Made by a program: the position numbers and the translations under genes. From Chlorokybus atmophyticus (lineage: Eukaryota; Plantae; Mesostigma and Chlorokybus algae), in assembly GCA_009103225.1 (NCBI GenBank), contig RHPI01001292.1, forward strand, positions 62,001 to 126,000: a stretch of DNA of 64,000 nucleotides. The letters are read 5' to 3'. This document shows positions 38,910-50,890 of the stretch, one piece after another. Position 1 is the first letter of the stretch. The number at the start of each line of letters is the position of its first letter. The notes beneath the pieces were generated by a model that saw only the letters and a list, made by a program, of their open reading frames with translations, had not been told where the DNA came from and searched no databases.

Positions 38910-39338
38910 TGTTGAGATGGACGATGACAAGCATATACATGCACAAGTGCATGCTACAACACCAGCGTTGGGAGTCCATACAAGACCATCTATTGCCATC
39001 ATGTCCACGGGTTTAATACCCGCCAGCTACACATGCTCTACTGTAGAAGCTACTGCATCTAGCACACTCAACCATAACTTGCGCTTTAAGTTGCTCCACA
39101 TAGCTAGCTTTAAAAGCTTTTCAACAAGCTATGGCACACGCTTAATAGTTAAGTAACCACCGAGATACAATTATTCTACTGCAGCGCCTGGAAGTCTCCA
39201 AACTCCGGACTCGCCGACGCGCCTAGAACCATCTCGCGCCTATACCTCTCATCTTGAGTCGTCTGGAACCTTCTAGCGGGTATTCCTATATAGAGTGCAA
39301 ATTGATCGGCTGACTTAGATGTGGGAATACCCTCAACA
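38910..39338 (-). mobile_element. Solo LTR (429 bp), copia-like
   Basis: Ends TGTTG...CAACA with a 5-bp TSD CGCGC (38905-38909 and 39339-39343). It shares TAGCTTGTTGAAAAGCTTT with the neighbouring copia LTR. Confidence 0.85.
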
Positions 39339-39969
39339 CGCGCAGTAACTGCTGCCGCATGGCGTGAGTGATGGTGGGGACTCGCAAGATCCCTGCTATG
39401 TAGGCATCCCACCTGCCTTGTACCACGCCCACATTGAGCACGGTTGTGGCGCGCACCCACATGTGCATTGGAGGTCAGTCTGCTATGCGTGTAGCTCGTG
39501 AGCGATGGCGCTGTGCCGGCGTTGCCGTGCTGCTGCTACTCCCGGCAACCGCAGCATTGCCTCCTGCACTCCATTCACAGTGTCAAGCGCAGTGGTGGCA
39601 GCTTCAGCGTATGCTTGCCGCAGCGAGCGGATGAATGCCCCCAACCATGATGCTCTGTTGCCAAAGGTGAACATGGGGACAGCGGGGTGATTGGCGACGA
39701 CTCACATCACGAGTCGTGCTCGAGAGGCGCTGCCTTCTTGCATCCCCATCATCTGTCTTAATGCACTGTCCTCAGGCCGGTGCAGCATGACTGCTTGCCG
39801 TATAAGAGCGGTGCGGAGTTGTTGCTCTCCTACCATACCAGCTTTTCCTCGCTGGGTGGTGTCTCCTTGTGGAGTGAGGTAACCTCGCCCTGCATCCCGC
39901 TGGTCGTCGGGCATACCATCGACCAAGGGGGGCAGTAGCAGGGCGATTACCCCCCTCACTTGTGGTTCC

Positions 39970-40476
39970 TGTTAGCATGAGCATGTCTTGCACACTGCTT
40001 AGTCCAGTCGGCTTGTACATTGGCTAAGGCATGAGCCTGAGAGACACTGCTACTAGTAAGAGCTGATATCGATCAGTCATGAGTCTGTAGCAGATATCGA
40101 GTCCACTACGCGGAGTATGACCAAGCAGGAGACTCCGGACTTGCTCATGAGGCTGGCGCAGCCTGACGCAGCCAACGCCTTGGGAGAACGGCGAGAACTC
40201 CGCGTATACTTAGCCTTAGGAGGCGTGGCTTAGCTTGTTGAAAAGCTTTGGCTGTAAGCTAGACAACCAAGCTTACATATTGGCAATCCGCTGAGTATAG
40301 CTCACGCGTTGCTTGCTAAAGTAGACATGTGTAGTCTGGCTGGTATAAAGGCCAACAGAATTAACAAGTTGTTGGTTTGGGTGAAACCCCTTTGCAAGCC
40401 TTGTATGCACGCCTTTTGTGTATGTTCTAATACATGTGTATGCTGTAGTTGGCCAGCGCTAGCTCAGTGTTCAACA
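39970..40476 (+). repeat. Copia 5' LTR
   Basis: I counted 9 mismatches against 44506-45012 (about 98% identity). Confidence 0.97.
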
Positions 40477-40489
40477 GGTTATGGGCCCA
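40477..40489 (+). promoter_or_regulatory. Copia-type half-tRNA-iMet primer-binding site GGTTATGGGCCCA
   Basis: Directly abuts the LTR and matches the PBS type known from Drosophila copia. Confidence 0.85.
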
Positions 40490-43400
40490 CACTGCTAGTG
40501 GTTCAAGAGAGGAGACAGCACTACAACTAGTGGAAAAGCTGAGCGGAACTGCTACTTGCGGAAGACCTCTGAAGAAGGCGTGACAAGATGGCAGAAGATG
40601 AAGGCTCCAGTGTCAGGTTGTCGGTGGCACCTCCGGACCTGGAGAACTATAGCACATGGAGCATAAAGATGAAGACGCTCCTAAAGCACAAGGGTTTGTG
40701 GAAGTATGCCGATCCCAACGGTGACGCACCTGTAGAGGGTACGCAGAGGTTGTGGTTGGGGAAGAGTGAAAAGGCACTTGCATTGCTATGCTTGAACGTG
40801 AAGGATTACCATCTTGTAATGCTTGATGAGTGTGAGCATGCCTAGGAAGCGTGGCAAAAGCTGGCAGACACATTCAAAGCAAGCAACAATGCAAGGAAGC
40901 TGCAGCTGAGAAGGCAGCTGAACGCGCTGAAGAAGGAGTCAGCGGAGCGTATCTCTAAGTACGCGGGACGAGCAAGGGAGCTGTGGAAAGACCTCACTTC
41001 GATAGGCCACGAGGTGAAGGAGGTGGATCTGGTTTGGGCTATCCTCTCCGGTCTCCCTGAGGAGTACGACATGGTGGTGACCGTGCTTGAGACGCAAAGG
41101 GAAGAACTCAAGCTCAATGTGGTGCTGCCCATGCTGCTTCAACAAGAAGAGAAGACAGGCAGGAGAAGGGATGAAGCAAATTCGGTGGCGTTTGCTGCTT
41201 CAAGCTCAAAGAAAGGAAGTCAGGGTGGAGGAGGAGGCTCGTACAATGGTGGCAACAGGAAGGGGAAGGACCACAAGAAGACCCTCAAGTGTCATCATTG
41301 TGGGAAGAAGGGCCACTTCAAGATGGAGTGCCGGCTGTGGTTAGTGGAGCAAGAGAAGGCGAAGGGTGGCGGACACGACAACAAGGGTGAGAAACCCATT
41401 GCGTTTACATCTGCATCGTCAAGATCTGCAACTGCTTGGGTGCTGGACTTCGGGTGCAACAAGCATCTCACTTTTGACAAGGAGCAGTTCCAGAGCTACA
41501 GGCTTATTGACAAGCCTGTCATGGTCACATTTGGGAGCAGTGAGGAAGCAGCCATTAGCATGGGGGACGTCCACCTCAACTGCAGTGTTGACGGAGCGGA
41601 GAGGCAAGTGTGCTTGCGCAATGTGTTACATGTTCCCCGAGCAGTTGTTAGTCTAGTCTCAGTGCGTGCTGCTGCAAGAGCTGGGGCTACGACTGTATTT
41701 AAGGGAGACCATGGGCGTGTATTCTTTGATGGGGTCGTGTACATGATTGCCAAAGATTATGGAGGAGGAGAGTATCATGTGAAGCTTGCTATAGTGCAAG
41801 CGTATACTGCATCGACCAAAGAGTCTGCAGCGCAGGTGGCATCGACGATTTGGACATCTCGGCTACGATAACCTCACCAGGCTGGTGAAGGAAGACATGG
41901 TGGTTGGCATCAACATCAAGCCGGAGGAGTTCAAAACCATGCAAGAGGTGTTGTGTGAACCCTGTGTGCTAGCGAAGCAACGAAGACTGCCATTCCCAGC
42001 ATCACAGAGTGTGACAACCAAGCCTCTGCAACTGGTACACTCTGATGTATGCGGACCACTGCCTGTTGCAACTGCTGAAGGGTACAGGTAATCTTGTACA
42101 TTCTTGGATGACTATAGCAAGGTTGCGGTGGTGGTGCCCCTGCATTTAAAGTCGGAAGTGTCGGCACAGCTCAAGAAGGTACTCAACCTACTGAAGAAAC
42201 AGTCAGAAGAGAAGGTGGTGACAGTGCGATCAGATAGAGGTGGAGAATACATCAGCAAGGAGCTAAAGACCTGGTTGACCGAGCACGGGATCACGCACCA
42301 ATACACGGCACCCTACACCCCGCAGCAGAACGGAGCAGCTGAGAGGCTGAACAGAACCCTGTTGGAGAAAGTTAAAGCAATGCTGGTGGACGCAAAAATG
42401 CAAGACCATAGGTGGGGAGATGCACTGCTTACTGCAGCGTATGTGCGCAATCGCTCACCGGAAGCATCTCAAGCAAAGACACTGTGGGAGCTTTTCACCA
42501 AGCAAAGGCCAGACATCTCTATATTGAGGGTTTTCGGCTCTACAGCGTATGTTCTTATCCCCAAGCAACTGCAAAAGAAGCTGGCGCCCAAGAGACAAAA
42601 AGGGCGTGTTTGTTGGCTATGAGTACAACTCAAAGGCCTACCGCGTGCTGCTGGAAGACAACAAGGTGGTGGTGAGTAGGCATGTGATGTTTATGGAGGA
42701 AGGCATCACAGGTGCTGTCCCAGAGGTTGTTGTTGTTAAGGAGGAGGAGGACCCCCACATGGAGGAGTCACCATTCAACAACATTCCGCACCCAAAGGAC
42801 CCAACTACAGATACCAACCATCAGTCTCAGCAACAAGCATTGGAGGAAGAAGCTGTGGAGGTCCAGGAGGAGCCCATGTACATGCTGAGGAGCGCAAGAC
42901 CTGAGGAAGGACGCTGCAAAAGCTTGGCAGCATTAACCAAGGAGGAGGAGCCTACCACATATGAGGAGGCAATGATAGCCTTAGACACAGAGCTATGGCA
43001 GCATGCGATGGACGAGGAGATAGCATCCTTGCACGCCAACGGCGCATGGAGGCTGGAGAAGGTCCCACCTGAAGTGAAGCCCTTACCAGTGAAGTGGGTG
43101 TACAAGATCAAGCACGATGGGCAAGGCCGCATCGAGAGACACAAGGTACAATTGGTGGTGAAGGGGTACTTGCAGCAAGAGGGCATTGACTTCGATGAGG
43201 TGTTCGCCCCTGCTAGTAAGCTTGTAACCTTTCGCACCATGTTTGCACTTGTGGTAGCTGAAGATTGGGAGCTACACCACTTGGATGTGAAGACTGCATT
43301 CCTCTACGGAGAGTTGGAGGAGGAGATCTACATGCAGCAACCCAAGGGCTATGAGGAGGGAGGACCAGGCACTGCTTGCAGACTTGTAAAGGCATTGTAC

Positions 43401-44505
43401 GGGCTCAAGCAAGCGCCAAGAGTATGGCACATCCGGCTCACCAAGAAGTTGGAGAAAATTGGCTTCACACCTTCTGAAGCTGATCCTGGACTCTTCACGC
43501 ACAAGGAGAAGAAAATCTGGCTGTTGGTCTACGTCGATGACATCATGGCTGCTGCGAAGAAGCTGAAGGAGGAGGAGGTGAAGACATCTCTCAAGTCTGC
43601 CTTCGACATGAGGGACTTGGGAGAGGCAAAGTTGTTTTTTAGCATGGTGATCGAGAGAAACAGGGACACTAAGACAGTCAAGATTAGCCAGGAGTTGATG
43701 GCGCAATGGATTGTGGAGAAGTTTGGAATGGGAGACGTCAAAGGCAAGGTAATACCCATGTCCGTGGGAGCCAAGCTGCAGCGAGCAATGAGTGAGACAG
43801 AGAACCTCGACAGGAGCAAGTTCCCTTACACTGAGTTGGTTTGGAGCATGCTTTACATGTTTGTGAGCACTAGACCAGACATCGCACATGCTGTGGGAGT
43901 GCTTGCACGATACGTGTCAGCACCCACCATGGAGCATTGGAGAGCTGCAAAGGAGTTGCTGCGTTATGTGATGGGGAGCACAAGCGTGGGCATTCACTTT
44001 TGAGAGGGAGCTGGTGCTTGAGACAAAGAGTTGGAGGGCTACTGTGACGCTGACTACGCTGGGGACCTCGACACGAGGAGGTCAACTACTGGCTACGCGT
44101 TCCTGATAAATGGTGGAATTGTTAGCTAGATCGGTAGGATGCAACCTACCGTGGCTGCCTCGGCAGCAGAGGCGGAGTACATGGCTGCCTCATCGGCAGT
44201 AAAGGAGGCATTGTGGTTGAAGAAGCTGAAGGCGGACTTATGCTACCGTGCAAGCTGCATCAGCATCAACTGCAACAACCAAGGCGCAATCAAGCTGCTA
44301 AAGCATCCGATTGCTTCAGTCCGGTCAAAGCACATTGACGTGATTCACCACTTCGTGCGCGAGCGTGTGGCAAGGAAGGAGGTGGCGTTCAAGTACTGCA
44401 ACACGGAGGAGATGCTGGCTGACTGCATGACCAAGCCTTTGGTGACGAAGAAGTTCCATGACTGCACTAGAGGACTTGGAGTCTACTAAGCTGCCTGCGT
44501 GGGAG

Positions 44506-45012
44506 TGTTAGCATGAGCATGTCTTGCACACTGCTTAGTCCAGTCAGCTTGTACATTGGCTAAGGCATGAGCCTTAGAGATACTGCTACTAGTAAGAGCT
44601 GATATCAATCAGTCATGCGTCTGTAGCAGATATCGAGTCCACTACGCGGAGTATGACCAAGCAGGAGACTCCGGACTTGCTCATGAGGCTGGCGCAGCCT
44701 GACGCAGCCAACGCCTTGGGAGAACGGCGAGAACTCCGCGTATACTTAGCCTTAGGAGGCGTGGCTTAGCTTGTTGAAAAGCTTTGGCTGTAAGCTAGAC
44801 AACCAAGCTTACATATTGGCAATCCGCTGAGTATAGCTCACGCGTTGCTTGCTAAAGTAGACATGTGTAGTCTGGCTGGTATAAAGGCCAACAGAATTAA
44901 CAAGTTGTTGGTTCGGGTGAAACCCCTTTGCAAGCCTTGTGTGCACGCCTTTTGTGTATGTTCTGATACATGTGTATGTTGTAGTTGGCCAGCGCTAGCT
45001 CAGTGTTCAACA
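44506..45012 (+). repeat. Copia 3' LTR
   Basis: Preceded by a short purine tract (GTGGGAG), with TG...CA ends. Confidence 0.97.
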
Positions 45013-46559
45013 GTTCCAACGCCCTTGCTTGGTCAGCAACAGTTGCTTGCCCTAGCTGTGTGACTGTGGTTGGTGTTGGTGGCACCATGGCAAATGCAGT
45101 GGAGATGCCGGCGACATCTGACGGCCCCAAAGGTTGCACTGCAGCGGCGCGTGCTTCTTCGCATGCCTGTCGGCGTGCGTCAACTTGCGCGGCTTGGTCC
45201 TGCCGAAAGTGCTGTGCCTATTCAAGAGCAGCGAACCGTTCTTGGTGACTTCCTTGTGTGAGTCTACGGAGTGCCGGGTCAGCGCTCAGTGGCATGTTTG
45301 AGGTGGCCACCCCGAGGCCTTGCACTCAACAATGCTGAAGTCCGAGCGGGTCCAGCGGTGAGGGCTCAAAGTCAATCTGTTGCGCTGGCATTGGTTGACG
45401 TGACCGGCTAAGTGCGTTTGGCAGCCTCGCATGCAGCGCAAGAAAAACCCGAATTGCTAGCTCCAACAGAGCAGGGCGCCGGTAAGTAACCCTGAAGAGG
45501 TGATCTCTCATTTTGGGAGCCGTGCCAGCTAGAATCTCATCTTTCAACTGTTGTAAGTTGCGCTCCGGCGGTGGATGGTATTCGAGCAGTGGTATCGGTA
45601 GGATGCGATCATCTCGCGCTACATGCGTTGTGCGTTGCCCCCCTGATGCGTACGCGATGGTGGTGCGTTCGATGTTGCGTAGAACGGACACCCAAGCGCG
45701 CTCTGCTAGCAATCCGCGTGGCACTTGTGACATCAGGGTGCGGAGGAGGGGCCGCGCGGACCCCTGATGGTGTGGTGGCAGTGGCAGCAGCGGCACACAG
45801 AGGTGCGGCAACATCAACTGCAGCAAGAGTTGTGGCACCTGCATTATTCGTGGTAACGGAAGTTGCCGCTGTGAGCGTTGCAGCAGTCGTGACTGATGCA
45901 GTGTCCGCAGCTGTAGCGTGTGGTGCCAACACCACCAGTGCGTTTGTCAGCCATGGCTGCAGCAGCCTCAATGCCGGTCATCTTTGGCGCCAATGTGGTG
46001 CTAGGTGTATCCGCACTGGCGGCACATGTGGGTGTTGTTGTCGATGGTGTCATAGACGGGGTCATCCCAGCAAGGGTTGTGGCTGCCGAGCCAGCCCCAC
46101 TTTTGGCTTCTAAAAATGCTGCTATTAACGATGCGCCAGCCTCTCTGCGCGCACGTTTTTATGGTTGGACACGTGATGGCGGGGGTGTGTTTCTTTCACG
46201 TTTCGGTGCCATCAAGGCTCATCGGGCAGCGTAGCAGGCTTGGTAGTTTTGCTCCCTGTTTTCTTCCAGCTGAGCCACCCGTGCCATGAGGGCCGCGACT
46301 TGGTCGACAGCTGGCTGATGCTTTGACATCAGGAGCTCCAACGCGAGGGCGTCCCTCGGGTCCCTTGCGTTGTGGAGGGCGGTTTTTCCCTCTGTAGTCA
46401 TTCTCCTCTTTTGAGTGCCGGCGTTGTTGTTGTTGGGGTTGTGGCCACCAGTGTTGTTGTAGCCAACAGCGTTGCTGTTGTTGTAGCCCCCGCTGTTGTT
46501 GTTGCGATAGCCACCAGCGCTGTTGCTGTTGTTGTAGCCAATAGAGGGCCGCAGCTCGC

Positions 46560-47781
46560 AGAATTTGAGTCAATATACTGCTTTTAGGAGGCCCGTCTTA
46601 TGGCAATAGTCGCACAAGGTTGCCATTATCTTCGGTGCACTCCTTTTGGTAGTGCCCATGTCAACCACACCAATGGCACAGTACTAGTGACAAGGGCAGC
46701 ATAAGCTGACCAATTGTTGGTGCGCGTGACTGGAGCATCTTGACTACAGTTTCGTCGAGGGGGCTTAGCACTCGCGCTTGCTATGGGACGTGAGGCGCTT
46801 CGGTTGGTGTCCAACACTGCCTTCTCTCATACACCGCAGGCTTGTGAATGGCTTGTGCAGTCTCAAAAGCTTCCTTGAGGGTGTAGCCGAGGGGTCTGCT
46901 TTAGTTTAGTGTCAAGCGCGTCGACTCACTCAAGATGGGGTCGAACTCAGCCACGTACACCACTGCAGCTGCCTCCTCACTGACGACCTTGTAACAGGTG
47001 TCCTTCAGTAGTCCTTCCAACCGCAAATACAGCCGAAGACAGTCCTCGTTGGGCTTGCGTCGAAAGCGTCTCAACTCCTCCACCTTGCTGGTTGTCTAGC
47101 GCAGGAAGGTACGCCGCAGTGCCGCGTACAAGTCTTTGAGAGGAGAGCCCGACGTGATAGCACCAACGGTGATGGCTGGTGCGCGCAACGCCAACGAGTA
47201 AAGTGTAAAAAGGCTGCCTCCTTTTAGAGTATACGAACTCAGTGTTTGTGGTACTGGTGTCCCTGTTTTCAAAGCTGCAACTTGTTGTTCAGCTTGCTCA
47301 GCCTCAAGGATGGCAGCGGTGCGGTTAAACACTCTGGTCTGTCGGTTGGCCTTCTTGACCTCGACCTCTGCAGGTGTTAGCGAGGCAACAACCAGCTCGA
47401 CTTCTTCGTCATCTGCCTGTTGCATAGCTGCGGCTAACGCCCCCCAGTGACTGAGGTTGGAGGGACCATTGCTGCTGAGGCAGCAGCTGCTGGGCTATAC
47501 GTCGGTGCAGGTGCTACAGTGCTAGCAAGCTCGCCATAGCCATCAACTCGATGCAGCTCAGCAACGGACTTCCACAAATCGTGTGCCTCATAATTAAGGT
47601 ACTGAGCCATGATATGGAATGACACCTCATCTGACCAGTCCTTGTTCTTGGGGGCTTGCTGTCGCATCTTGAAGTGGACCTTGATGATGAACTCGTCGAG
47701 TGGTGTGGTGCCCGCACGTCCGGGGAAGCGCAGGGAGTTGGTTGAGCTGAAAGGCGCCATTTCATCATTGTCATTGTCCAA
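46560..47781 (-). pseudogene. gag of the inner gypsy element
   Basis: Capsid-like segments (EELRRFRRKPNEDCLRLYLRL) and a degenerate knuckle CDYCHKTG near 46600. Confidence 0.7.
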
Positions 47782-48130
47782 AGGAGGTGGAGAAGCTTAA
47801 TGGCGAGGAGTGAAGTGGGAGGAGGTGAAGCCTGAGACGGGACGAGCGCCTCTGCTGCTACGGTAACTGCTTCCTTCATTTGCTCATTCGTAGGTGAGGT
47901 TGGAGGCCGGGCTCCAGTTGCTGAGGTCCTCTTCGTCTATTGGCGAGAATGGGGTGGGCCTGCTTATACAGCTGATGCGATAGTGAAAGGGTATAAAGGG
48001 TAGAGTGTTTGTGCTCTACGAAGTTATCTCCATGCTGCTACCACTCAACGCACGAGTGCTTCTGCGCACTATGCGATGACAGTGATAATGATGCACGAGG
48101 ATGTATCCAACTGCAAGCTGCACTTCTGAT

Positions 48131-48146
48131 CTGCAGGATGCCACCA
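48131..48146 (-). promoter_or_regulatory. PBS-like sequence TGGTGGCATCCTGCAG of the inner gypsy element
   Basis: Complement of a ...CCA-ending sequence, located between the right terminal repeat and gag. No tRNA was identified. Confidence 0.5.
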
Positions 48147-48181
48147 TACTCAATGTAGCAAAAAGGGTGACACTGTGAGTC

Positions 48182-48774
48182 AACAAGCCACTATCATGGG
48201 TAGTGCTGTTTACACAGTTCTTTGCATGAGTGGAAAATGTGTTACACTGTTAAGTAAGGTAAATGAGCAAGCAACACGTGAATGCTATGCTCTAACTGAT
48301 GCCACACTGCAACTAAGCGCACCAAGCTCACAGCAATGACAAGCATAGTGCACACGAGCATGCACAGACTCTCACGCGGGGAGGGGATTCTTGGTAACCG
48401 GGGCGGCATGTTCGTAGTTCAAGTCGCTTCACAAGCTCCTAGCTTTCTCACTCACAGTGCCACCATCCAATCCGGTGAACATTGCGACTACTTATACAAG
48501 TCAAATCAAGATCGTTCAGAACACAAGCTAACGGTCATATTGGGGCTATTCCCACAAGAAGTCTCCCTCGATATAGAACATAACATATAAGCTGAATTCA
48601 CAACTGAATAGCTACGCGCAGTACCTGTGTAGGCTACCGTTACGAGCTAGTCTAAGGTCATGGTCTAGCTATTGGTCGATGACGCGCGCGGGCCGGTATG
48701 CTGTTAGCCCGAGCGGGGGTCTTGATGTAAGCATACCCGATGCAGGCTGGCACACGAGGACAATGGGCATGACA
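48182..48774. repeat. Right terminal repeat: copy of B only
   Basis: Aligns to 32381-32979. No A homology lies to its left. Confidence 0.9.
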
Positions 48775-48778
48775 AAGG

Positions 48779-50690
48779 AGGTCAAGTGGAGTTTGGGGGA
48801 GACACAACAAAGAGCCTTTGATGGCATTACGAATGCATCAATGATGCACTGGTGTTGCAAATGCCGGACTTCTCTCAACCATTCGAGGTGGTAAGTGATG
48901 CTAGCTTGCACGGCACCGGAGCGGTGTTGTTGCAAGATGGACATCCCATAGCCTTCGAGTCACACAAGTTTAGTAACGCCAAGCGCAACTACACCACCAC
49001 CGAGCAAGAGTTGCTTGAAGTAACAAACGCCTTGTGGAAATGGCGTCGTTACTTAAAGGAGGTGAAGTTCAGGGTTGTAACCAACCACAATCCCCTCATC
49101 TACCTTCCCCAACAACCAAGCTTGTCCTGTAGGCAAGCACGGTGGGCCGAGTTCCTAACACGCTTTGACTTTAAATGGGAGTATAGGCCGGGGAGGATCA
49201 CTGTTGCGGACCCTCTAAGTAGAGTGCCCGCCAAGCTGCCAAACCTTGGGAACAAAGCTATGACCATTGCGGTGGCGACAAGGTCACAAGCACAAGTAAT
49301 GCCGAGACTTGAATGGGTTAAAGGGAGCAAGTTAGAGCCAACTAGCTTGGAAGCGAGGATAGCAAGTGCTTACCTCATAAACCGATGGTTCAAGACTTAG
49401 ACAACTTCGAACTAGTGCAAGAAGGCAACTATTGGTACAAGGGTGAGGCGGTACTGGTGCCGGATGATCGGGGCCTTCGAGTGGCGTGCATGAGCGAGAT
49501 GCATGACCCTCGCTACCAAGGGCACTTCGGCATCAAAGAGACCATCAAGCTTGCGCAAAGAAGCTATTGGTGGCCTTAAATGACAAGTGACACCAAGGCA
49601 TATGTGAAGACGTGTGACTCGTGTCAATGCAACAAGTCCACCAATGCATGCAAGAGTGGCTTGCTTGTACCTCTACCCGTGCCCGATAACACGTGGGAGA
49701 GTGTGAGCATGAAGTTGATAATGAAGCTACAAAAGACAAAGCATGGCAACACGGCCATTGTTGTCTTCGTGGATGAGTTGAGCAAAATGGCTCGCTTCGC
49801 CGCATGTAATATGTAGATCAATGCGGTTGAGTTTGCTAGGTTGTTTATGACAAACGTGTTCAAGCTTCATGGACCTTCGAAGGAGTTGGTCTTAAATAGA
49901 AATCCGAAATTCACAGGAGCATTTCGGAAGAGTGTGCATGAGACATTAGGGAATAAGCAATCCATGTCCACCGCATACCATCCTCAAAGTAACGGACAAA
50001 TAGCGAGGATGGACAGAAACTTGGAACAAGCCTTGCGACACTACGTGTCGGCAAGCCAAGACAATTGGGATGAGCTACCAAATGTAGTGGAGTTTGGCAT
50101 GAACTCGGCCTACCAAGAATTGGTGAAGGAGAGTCCCTTCTTCTTGAACTATGGCAAACATCCCTGTGCGCCTAGTGAAAAGGCTTTCGGCAAGAAGGCA
50201 AGGGCACCGACCGCGGGAGAGCTTTCCGCACTCAGGGCCACAATAAGTACTTTGCCGACAAGGATCGCCGGGTTGGTGTTGAGCAACAAGTGTTGCTTAG
50301 CACGAAAAACATTACGGTCAAGAGTCGGGGAAGCAAGAAGTTTCTACCCAAGTGGATTGGCCCTTTCGAGGTGCTTGATCCCATTGGCGCCGTGGCGTAT
50401 ATGCTTCGCCTCCTGGAGCACTTTAAGATACATGACGTGTTTCATGTATTGTTGCTAAGAGAGTACAAGAGTGATGGTAGAGTCCGACCCCACCTCTATC
50501 CGAGTTGGTGGATGGTGGGTGGGAGTATGAGGTAGAGGCGATATTGGCACGCCATCCTCGTGGTAACAACCGTTCTTTCGAGTATCTCGTACAATGCAAG
50601 GGCTATGGTGCAGAACACAACTCATAGGTCTTAGAGAAGGACTGGGCAAATTTCCAAGAGTTGATGGAGAAATTCCTTGCAATTAATGGA
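48779..50690 (+). pseudogene. Chromovirus RNase H-integrase-chromodomain (3' part of pol)
   Basis: EVVSDASLHGTGAVLLQ, NYTTTEQELL, HDPRYQGHFG...CDSC, AYHPQSNGQ, GPF, then the chromodomain EYEVEAIL...YLVQCKGYGAEHNS*V (50523-50685). PPT at 50878-50890. Confidence 0.92.
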
Positions 50691-50890
50691 GATTTAACCC
50701 AAGCCTAGCTACCCTCTATGTAGTTATAAGGCCCTTTAGAATGTGCACAAGACGTGTGCAACCCCAAGCCAAACCTATTAAGTAAGAGTGCACTCGCGAG
50801 AGGCACTCATGAAGGTTGGCCACCTTCGTGTCTCGTAGTTTCTCATACATAGTATGTGTCGGCGACCGTTACAAAGTAGGTGGGGAGGAG

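Larger units (their letters stand above)
39970..45012 (+). mobile_element. Full-length Ty1/copia retrotransposon with a few stops and frameshifts
   Basis: 507-bp LTRs, 5-bp TSD GTTCC (39965-39969 and 45013-45017), gag knuckle CHHCGKKGHFKMEC, protease WVLDFG, integrase VHSDVCGP/VRSDRGGEY/QNGAAER, RT YVDD and RNase H KHIDVIHHFVRE, in IN-RT-RH order. Confidence 0.97.
32141..48774 (-). mobile_element. Ty3/gypsy-type retrotransposon encoding gag-PR-DNMT-RT-RH-IN-PHD, with split terminal repeats
   Basis: Ends TGTC...GACA with a 4-bp TSD AAGG (32137-32140 and 48775-48778). Removing it restores the host frame KLLSK|EVKWSLGETQQRAF. Confidence 0.9.

Noticed and set aside
32141-48774. Interpreting the split-repeat element as a DIRS/Ngaro tyrosine-recombinase retrotransposon
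   Set aside because: It has a clear HHCC-DDE integrase, a protease, TG...CA ends and a TSD. I saw no R-H-x-x-R-Y recombinase motifs.
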